DNA from: Setoptus koraiensis
Lineage: Eukaryota > Animalia > Arthropoda
DNA: 64,000 nucleotides
Direction of reading: 5' to 3'
Assembly: GCA_048013815.1 (NCBI GenBank)
Contig: CM106586.1
Location: forward strand, 13,578,001-13,642,000
The notes beneath the pieces are model-generated. The model ran no database searches. It was not told the origin of the DNA and worked only from the letters and a program-made list of their open reading frames with translations. The first letter of the stretch is position 1. Each line of letters begins with the position of its first letter. The position numbers and the translations under genes were made by a program. Below, piece by piece: positions 28,001 through 36,237 of this stretch.

Positions 28001-28703
28001 GCAATGGGCCATTTTAAACTGGGGCCCACTGGCGGCGCTGCTGCTGCTACTGGCGCCAATGCCGGCCAGGCGGCCATCACGACCACGACAACGACCACGC
28101 CAGACCAACAACAACCACAACATGCTTTATCCATTAGGGCGCCCACTGGCACGTCAATGTCATCGACGGGCAAACGGCAGGCGAGCGCCGACAGCAACGA
28201 GGTGCAACTTGTCACCGACGACGCTGATAACAATTCCCAGAAACAACAACAGCAACAACAAACGGAAGCGGATAAATTATGTAGAGTGTCCTATCACAGC
28301 GACGACACTCAATCTATTTTGAAAGGATTCTCGTTCTCGTCGGACCATGACGCCGAATTAGCGCCAATAGTCGATGTCGATATTAGCGCCATGAGCGACA
28401 ACAACACAAAACAACAACACCAACAACATACGCTGCCGGCCACAACAATAGCTACGACAACAACTTATTTAGACGGCCAGCACCACGACAAGCTTGCCAG
28501 CACAGCCAGCCAACAATTTTGCTACACCATAGGCGACATATTGTACGATTTAAAAGAATTGGAATCGCTAAACACAAACGAGTGCCTGCTGGCCTCATTA
28601 GACGATTGGAATTATCCCATATTCGAGCTGGCCACGCGCTACAGCGACTCCATACTGTCCAAGCTGAGCTATAGGATATTCCACGATTCGGGCTTCTTCG
28701 AAT
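25071..28703 (+). CDS. PDE3: PDE3 exon 4 (about 3.6 kb low-complexity linker plus the start of the catalytic domain)
   Basis: The first phase-compatible CAG after the upstream stop is at 25070. The exon ends LDDWNYPIFEL...ILSKLSYRIFHDSGFFE, then T|GTAAGT. The 5' boundary is less certain than the 3' boundary. Confidence 0.85.
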
Positions 28704-28891
28704 GTAAGTTTCCCCCCCCCCTCTGGCCCCATTCAGTAGAGCCTCTGCTGTGGGCTGGCCCCAGCGCAAAAATGCGGCCTCTTGTGACTCGCCGGGTACC
28801 AAGTGCCGTCGCGTCGTCTGGCCCGACCCGCACACCCGGCCACGCCGCCAATTGCCGGCGTGTATTGGCGACGTGCCGGGCCCCAATTGGC

Positions 28892-28966
28892 CTCAGTATC
28901 GCTGAGTCGAGTCAGTATCGCTGAGTCGGTATCGGTGAGCCGAGTCAGTATCAGCGAGTCAGTGAG
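28892..28966. repeat. Degenerate 19-mer repeat (GAGTCAGTATCGCTGAGTC) with an internal CTCAG/CTGAG palindrome
   Basis: Read directly, inside the PDE3 intron 28704-29177. Confidence 0.75.
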
Positions 28967-29177
28967 GCCGCAATTCATTTCGCGCTCGAGTTGCCAGTCG
29001 GGGTCAGTCGATTGTGGCCATCGCACGCCATTCATCAATATTCATCCTGCCAGACAAGTGTCACTCACCCCTGCCGTCTTATCTGCTGTGTCCCCTTTAT
29101 CCCTTTATCACTGTGTATTCATATATCGCGCTCACTACTCATTATGTCGTCACTATCTGGTGTGCGCTCGAGTGCAG

Positions 29178-29249
29178 CCTTCAAAATACCCAGACAGCAA
29201 TTCTTCAACTACTTTCACGCTCTCGAGGAGGGCTACCAACGAAAGCCTT
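29178..29249 (+). CDS. PDE3: PDE3 exon 5
   Basis: TGCAG|CC...CCT T|GTAAGT, encoding (S)FKIPRQQFFNYFHALEEGYQRKP, the PDE3 FKIP..F.NYFHALE.GY motif. Confidence 0.95.
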
Positions 29250-29488
29250 GTAAGTATCAACTGTGCAACTACTAATTAACTGGCCCACTCTTAATGGGGC
29301 CAAGCTGAGCGCCGTCAGTGCTGTCAGTGCGCCAACTGGTTCATTATTGAGCCATAATTAGCATACGCTCGTGCAGGCCGAAAACTAGATTAGACTTAAT
29401 ATTCACTTAATATGATCATGTCATCCGTCTCCCACTACCCCGCACCGCACCATCCCGTACCACCCCGCGCTATCCGCGCCCGCCGGAA

Positions 29489-29625
29489 CGACCGACGCGA
29501 CCGACGCGACCGACGCGACCGACGCGACCGACGCGACCGACGCGACCGACGCGACCGACGCGACCGATGCGACCGACGCGACCACCGCACCGAAACGACC
29601 GACGCGACCGCCGCACCGAAAACGC
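29489..29625. repeat. (CGACCGACG)n 9-mer array abutting a splice acceptor
   Basis: About 10 near-perfect units plus degenerate ones, ending just before the CAG at 29630. Confidence 0.95.
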
Positions 29626-29630
29626 ACCAG

Positions 29631-30193
29631 ATCACAATCGGCTGCACGCCGCGGACGTTCTTCACGCCGTCTATTATCTGACCTCGCAGCCCATTGACGA
29701 CTTTTGTCAAGTGCCATTGGATCTAATTGATCATTATGACGATTTGTTGAACTCGACCAAACGAAACTACACGCCCACGACGGCCGCAAATCTGTTGCGG
29801 GCCGCTACGGGCCCGAGCACCCCAAACGCCGACTGCAATCAGCAACAGCAACATCATTTGCTACAAGACGAGGAATTTGTTAATACGCTCACAAATCACG
29901 TTGTGGCCGTTGTAGTTGCAGCGGCGGCCGCCGCCTCAGATTCGGAATCGCCATTTGGCATAATGGGGGCCAATTTAACAGCATTAGAAGTGATGGCTTT
30001 ATATACGGCCGCAGCCATGCATGATTACAATCACCCAGGTAGAACCAATTCGTTTCTCGTCGCCACTAGCTCCCCATTGGCGCTTCTATACAACGATAGG
30101 TCAGTTTTGGAGAATCATCATGCGGCCGCCGCTTGGGCGCTATTCTATTCGGAGAAGAATTTTAATTGGTTGCAAAATCTTGATAAGGATGAG
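29631..30193 (+). CDS. PDE3: PDE3 exon 6 (metal-binding core and PDE3-specific insert)
   Basis: (Y)HNRLHAADVLHAVYYL, HDYNHPGRTNSFLV, LYNDRSVLENHHAAAAW, donor GAG|GTAGGT. Confidence 0.95.
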
Positions 30194-30388
30194 GTAGGTG
30201 CCCTATTAATATGTTTCATTACCTGTTTGCTCTATACACTTTATTTGGCGTTGTCACTGGCGCTGTTGTTGGCGCTCTCGGCGCTTTTGCCGCTTTGGGG
30301 CCCAACTTAGCTTAGCCGGGCCCCCAACGCTCGCCACTCCACTGATAGTGCCAACAAGCTGGCCACTCGACGCCGATAATCCGCCGCC

Positions 30389-30510
30389 GCCAACAACAAC
30401 AACAGCAACAACAGCAACAACAGCAACAACAGCAACAACAGCAACAACAGCAACAACAGCAACAACAGCAACAACAGCAACAACAACAGCAACAGCAACG
30501 GCAACAGCAC
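30389..30510. repeat. Intronic (CAA CAA CAG)n tract
   Basis: Read directly. Confidence 0.9.
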
Positions 30511-31905
30511 CAACATGCTATGGCAATTTTCTAGATTGATATGGCTGAATATAAGCCAAGTTTGTAGTTGCCCGTTTGCGCGCTCGCTTCTCGCAAGCGA
30601 CCCGCTGTAGGCAGGGTAACTAGAGGGGCCCGGAGTAGTAATTGCCCGCTACCTCTCAATCCCTTCCGCCTGAACAATGTTGCCAGTTTGCGCCCAACTG
30701 GCTAAATTGGCAATCAGCCAGCCAGCCGGGCTTACCGGCTGGCCTGTTGGTAGGCCCGGCGAGCCGCTGAGCCAACGCGCTAGATGGGGGCCTCCACGCG
30801 GCCCAAACGCTGCAACCCGCGGCCGCCATCGGAGGTGGGGTTGGCGATGGCCATCGGCCGGCCTCTGACGGGCAACGGCCCGAGCTCGGCGGGCGGGCCG
30901 CTGCACTAAACTAACTTTAGAGTTTGAGCGCACGTTGGCGGAAACTGCTCAGTGGGCTCCCTCAAATAACGGCAATCGCTCGCGTGTTATCCAAAGAAAA
31001 ACACTCAAACACAAAGAATGTATATATATATATAAATACATGATACAGCGAGATTGGCCAATGAGATTGGACTGGAGCGGAGTTTTATTTTATTTCGCTC
31101 ACAAGTTGCTGCCAAGTGGCGGCCATTGTTCGCTTGGAGAGTGCTGGCAGTGCATTGTTGATGAGAGAAGTGAACGAGAGTACCAGTGAGGCCATTATAA
31201 AATCAATTGACAATGTCGACAATATAACTGGTGTAAATGTCAATATTTGATTTACTTTTGCCACTACTATTGCAGCTCTCGCAAACCTGAATGGTGCATG
31301 CCAGCCAGCCAGTATGAGTGCGCTATACGTGCCACTCTCACCAAGACCTCTGAGGCATGAAAGAGGATTAAAAAGCATGGCTCAGACGAAAGCGCGAGAG
31401 GGCTGAGGGCCAACCTATAACATGGGCGCTAACGAGGGCACAACAATGAACAATCAATTATCCAGAATTAAAATTTAAAACTTTCGCGAGATTCGCGAGA
31501 TTCGCGAGATTCGTGAGATTCGTGAGATGACGCCCGTAGTGTTGGGCGCAAATAATGATTTCACTAGCCCTCAATACTGGCCTCAATATAATAGATGGAG
31601 ATATGACGGCAGGTGAATTGGGTTTCGTGTGGTTTGTGGGGCCATTTGTGTTGATATTGCCATTGTGTTGAATGCGGTGCGATGGAAATTTTGATCGAAT
31701 AGTGTCCTCTCGATCTGTAGGGATGCTTTTCAATTCAATCGTTATAAATATTTTTATTAACACCCTTTTCTTTTCTATACCACCCATCACGACCAATTAT
31801 AACAATATGATGTAACACTCACACTATATGGTGCCAACAACCGGATAAAACCGCTACAAAAAACACACGTTCACACTATCATTGCGAATTATCATTTGTA
31901 ACTAG

Positions 31906-31995
31906 TTCAAGAGATTTAGATTCATGATAATAGAATTAATCCTGGCAACTGACTTGATGCGCCATTACGAGCTCGTGGGCGCTTTCAATAAGAAG
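31906..31995 (+). CDS. PDE3: PDE3 exon 7
   Basis: ACTAG|FKRFRFMIIELILATDLMRHYELVGAFNKK|GTAAG, phase 0/0. Confidence 0.95.
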
Positions 31996-32175
31996 GTAAG
32001 CTCACGTAACAATAACAATAATAATACATGTAAAATAACTCACAATAATGATACAATAATTGACTGGCGTGCTGCGAACAAAATTCTGTATCATTATTCT
32101 CAACATCATCATTATCTTGCTCAATTGCAACACTAACAATATATATATATATATATATATAACACATATATCCAG

Positions 32176-32429
32176 CTCAATGAATACGGTGGCCATAATA
32201 TAGATTGGTTTTGTGAAAGTGATCGATTACTTGTGATGGAGATTATTATTAAATTGGCAGATGTTAATGGACCCATGAAGGCGCATCACATACACAGCCA
32301 ATGGACAGATAGAATAGCGGATGAATTTTATGAACAAGGCGATGAAGAGAGGGCTCTCAATCTACCTGTGTCCCTCTATATGGACAGAGCGGATCCTCGT
32401 CTACCGGAACTGCAAAAATCTTTCATCAA
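32176..32429 (+). CDS. PDE3: PDE3 exon 8
   Basis: TCCAG|[11 protein letters not shown]...IKLADVNGP...QWT...EFYEQGDEE...LQKSFI (invariant Gln), donor AA|GTGAGT. Confidence 0.95.
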
Positions 32430-32555
32430 GTGAGTATTATTTTCAAACAGCTAAACGCTCATTTTACTCTCAATCATTTTTGCTATGGCCAATATCCGCC
32501 AGTTTGTTTTTGTTATTATTTCATTGATTTATTCTTGTCCACGCCAGACAAGACT

Positions 32556-32603
<48 letters not shown>
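32556..32603. repeat. (ATG)16 microsatellite
   Basis: Read directly, intronic. Confidence 0.95.
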
Positions 32604-32605
<2 letters not shown>

Positions 32606-33463
32606 AAGCCTACATCACTGATTAGGTGACAATAGACAACAACTAGACAAACTGCACAAAATTTGTGCTCTCGTCACGGCAGTCTCGCGTCAGCCAGAAG
32701 ATGATCAAATCTCACTGATTGATGAGACCGTTTTATCCTGTTGTTGTATTTGTACCTGCTGTATTCTCACCGAGCCAATACAAGAATAACAAGTTGAGAA
32801 AAGAAAACAATTTGAGGTACCCTACACTTGAGTGTCAATACAACACTGGCCAATATCAAATCCTGTTCTGTTATGTTCAGTTCGGTCGAGCTCAGATGCC
32901 ATCCGATTCAATTGCTTCGAATGCAGCTCAGTTCAACGTATCCATTTATTTCTATCTAGTTGAGTAGTCACAGTCGGTTGACCTCATAAATAATTCAGCT
33001 TGCCCTCTAGGGTGGAGAGGGCGGACGTCGAGTTGGCTAGTACGCCATTGCCAGAACGCTTTTGCGAGGTATACAACGATAACAGAGAAACTGCTCTTCA
33101 ATCTTTTTCTTCGCCCGTTAGTCGACTAGTTCCTCTGGTTATTGATACGATTATATAGACAGGCAACGTGTGTGGGGCGATTAACACAAATAATAAACCA
33201 TCTAATGAACTAGAGGGTTGACAATGTCATGATGTGGTATTATCCACTTATATATATATATATATATATATATATTGATTGCTGCATGAGAGATACATAT
33301 ATACAAATGTATCTCATGCAGCAATTAGCGATGACGCAATAATGTTAGTTCTAATTATTATTTATGCCCACTTTAATTTGTGCATATGTACTAATAAGTG
33401 CTCTTCTTATAACAATTCAACCTCTACTTTCACCTATTCTGCCTATTAACTGTTCCCCGTCAG

Positions 33464-33938
33464 TCATCTTGTTGGTCCGTTGAGCTATTCGTACGCATTA
33501 GCGGGATTCTTTCCTGGCAAAACTCCGTCTGGTTGGAGTAGGCAAGACATGGACAAGTTGCAAGATGACGAGGATAATGAGAGAGATAGAGATAGACCAG
33601 CAGCAACAGCAACAACAATGTCAATGAACAGTGATAACATGGATTGGTCGGCCATTTATACAAATAATACCGATATCGACAACAATCAACAAGATAATGG
33701 CATGATGGGCGACATTAAAGAACAAACCAAATATTGGGTTATAGAGGATAAAAGAAAACTCAATAGTATGCTCACTAACAGCATACAAACAATTAATTTA
33801 AGAAACAACTTTCTATTTTGGGACGCAAAATCAAAATTGGACGCAAATAAGAACAGTAGTCAAGTGACAGCAGCCAACAGTGATACAAGCGATCAAGTTT
33901 GCATAGACGATTGCAAAGACGACGAATTAAATGACTAG
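33464..33938 (+). CDS. PDE3: PDE3 terminal exon 9
   Basis: The phase-2 acceptor CCGTCAG gives NHLVGPLSYSYALAGFFPGK (compare [20 protein letters not shown]), followed by an acidic stretch and stop TAG at 33936-33938. Confidence 0.9.
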
Positions 33939-34685
33939 ATTGTAAATTGTTACATAATCGTTGTTATAACGCCAAATGAGGCCATGAAAAGAAGATAACG
34001 TTGCAGATGCATTACATAGAGATTGCCGAGATCATTATGTACATAACAAGAAGTGCCCATTATTGTCAATAGTACTTATTTTTGTTATTTTATCGTTGTC
34101 ACTTCTAGAGGACTCGACACACATAAACATGTGATCTGATCTGATGAGATGTAAATTAGATCAGGACTCCTTTGAGCGGACTTTAGTCAAACACTTTCTA
34201 GTCGCAACTATCACAAGTAGCTATTTATACATAGGTGTGTTGCGTCAGACTCAACGGGGATTGAGCCGATTGTTTTTGGCGGAGCCCATTCAAATGATTC
34301 TATTCATGTTTTACTCATTATCATTATTATTATTATTACTATTATACGCTCATGCCAAGCCTCACATTCGGTCCGGTCATGGTTTGTCACTTGAAGACAA
34401 TAGATAGGACATTGATTATTGTAAAATAAATACACACATTGTGAACAACAACTTATCTAGCCGATTTGTTTTCGCCACCATCGATGTCAGATTATTTGCT
34501 TTGAGTTTAAAACGGATCACAACATCTTTACAGTCTAAAGTCACCTGGTCTATGAGTTGTTTTAGCTATTCATGTAACGATGACGAGTGTCGGCATCAAG
34601 AGTCAGGCAAACTTTTACAGGAAGCGATAATCTAACAATTGTAAGAATGGCAATTCTAACAAAATTGTTTTGTTGACCACACAAA

Positions 34686-34850
34686 TTTGGCGCGTAAACA
34701 TCAATGCGCATGCGCCGTAAAGTGAATATACGGAACGTCCGCAACATGGAAATATTCACTTGTACGTCTGTCATTACAGTCAGGTCTTCTTAGAAGGTGC
34801 GTTTGTCTACCATGATTCTCTGTGTGGATGGCATGCTAGAGGCATGCATG
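34686..34850 (+). promoter_or_regulatory. Segment X1: candidate promoter with E2F-like TTTGGCGCG (34686) and NRF1/Ewg-like TGCGCATGCGC (34705); inverted homolog of 52765-52885
   Basis: Motifs seen in sequence. Reverse-complement homology to the region upstream of the intact OPRT was found by eye. Function is inferred. Confidence 0.45.
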
Positions 34851-35024
34851 GTCGGAAAAAGTTGATCGTTTTACGGAATCATAACTGGAAATATCTGTCC
34901 TATCCATACTTGTCAATTGGTTTATCCAATAATCAAGCCACACCATATTCAAGTGTCTACTCTAGATAATATTTTCAAAATTATTGTGTCCATCATTAGA
35001 AATCATTTATTAAAAAACTAAATT

Positions 35025-35237
35025 ATGCCTAAACAAATCAAAGAGATCAAGGATTTCCTTATTAAGGCCAGACAACCCCAGGCCAAATCCGTCAAAATCA
35101 AGAAGAACGAGGACAACTACAAATTCAAGCTAAGATGTAGCAGATATCTGTTCACGTTGGTTGTCGAGGATAAGGAGAAATCCGAGAAATTAAAGCAATC
35201 TCTGCCCCCTGGACTGCAAGTTAAAGAGCTAAAATAA
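35025..35237 (+). CDS. RpL38: 60S ribosomal protein L38 (eL38), copy 1, intronless
   Basis: 70 aa [16 protein letters not shown]...VKIKKN...[15 protein letters not shown]...[16 protein letters not shown]. Confidence 0.97.
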   Translation: MPKQIKEIKDFLIKARQPQAKSVKIKKNEDNYKFKLRCSRYLFTLVVEDKEKSEKLKQSLPPGLQVKELK

Positions 35238-35308
35238 ATGGAATAAGAATGCGTATCGTTCAGACAGGATTTGTGTGAACGAACAAACATTCGACACTAC
35301 AACTCCAC

Positions 35309-35940
35309 TCATCGATCTAGTTTAATTTTATTTTCATCGTTCCATTTGAGACCATTCTTGTAAGTTTCACTACTGATACGACCACTTCGTCTGAGGGTGT
35401 CAAGTACCTCAGAGATCTTAAAGAGGTAATTGAATTGTGTGTCCCTATTATTCAGTCTCAACTTTTCTAAACCGTCTTGTTCTCTGTCTATTATCACAAA
35501 AACGGACTTGACAGTCCAACCCTGTTCCTTGCATTTGTCTATCATTTCCTGAATACTGCTGCCTGATGAAACAGCGTCATCAAAGATGACTAGTCGAAAC
35601 TTATGCTTGTCGAAATCGGCATAGGGATCTTGCAGACCGTAACTTTTCTTTTCCTTGGGCGTGTATATATGTCTGAGGTCTGCTTCATAAGCAATAGAAT
35701 AGCTTAGGCAAAGAGCACCCTGAGGTACGCCAGCCAAAGCAACATTTTCTCTGTTCTGTGGGAACGGAAGAATTCGCGTACAACTATCTGGCATAAAGGT
35801 TCACGTAGTTCGAGGACCAAATCTCTGAGATTGATGAAGAAAGGTGCCTCAACACCTTACTTGATGGTAAAGTTGCTGAATTTCACGCATCCTGTTTCGA
35901 ATAGTAGGCTGATCACAACGAGCTTCAGCCTCTCGGTCAT
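35309..35940 (-). pseudogene. OPRT pseudogene (paralog of 51969-52601)
   Basis: ATG at 35940. In-frame TAA at 35857-35859 where the intact copy has TCA. A 1-bp deletion near 35760 (TCC CA CAG versus TCC CCA CAA). Upstream homology to the intact copy stops 7 nt from the ATG. Confidence 0.92.
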
Positions 35941-36237
35941 TTCTATTCCATTCCGTATCAAATAAGTGCCTAAGAGATGCGAGAGTAGGTATGACGATGA
36001 TGCAGTCAGTCCTAGTGTCGTCGTCACAAGTTTGGCATTTTTGAGCTCATTAAGCTTTTCCAGGAAGCGTTACATCTTAGGCAATGAAAATTGAATGAAA
36101 TTGTTGAATAAATGTTGCTTCATTCACAACAGTGAAGACATAAAAAACGCTAAACGATTGGTTACATGCAAAACGTACCGATTATGTCGACAGGGATTGA
36201 TAAGATAGAGTGAAGATTACAAAAAGCCTAAACTTTA

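Noticed and set aside
1233-30630. GGGCCC as plant TCP site-II elements or evidence of plant DNA
   Set aside because: The motifs are embedded in an animal PDE3 gene, a family plants lack.
35309-35794. Track ORF treated as an intact 161-aa protein
   Set aside because: Its first residues come from the wrong frame upstream of a 1-bp deletion. It is the 3' part of the OPRT pseudogene.
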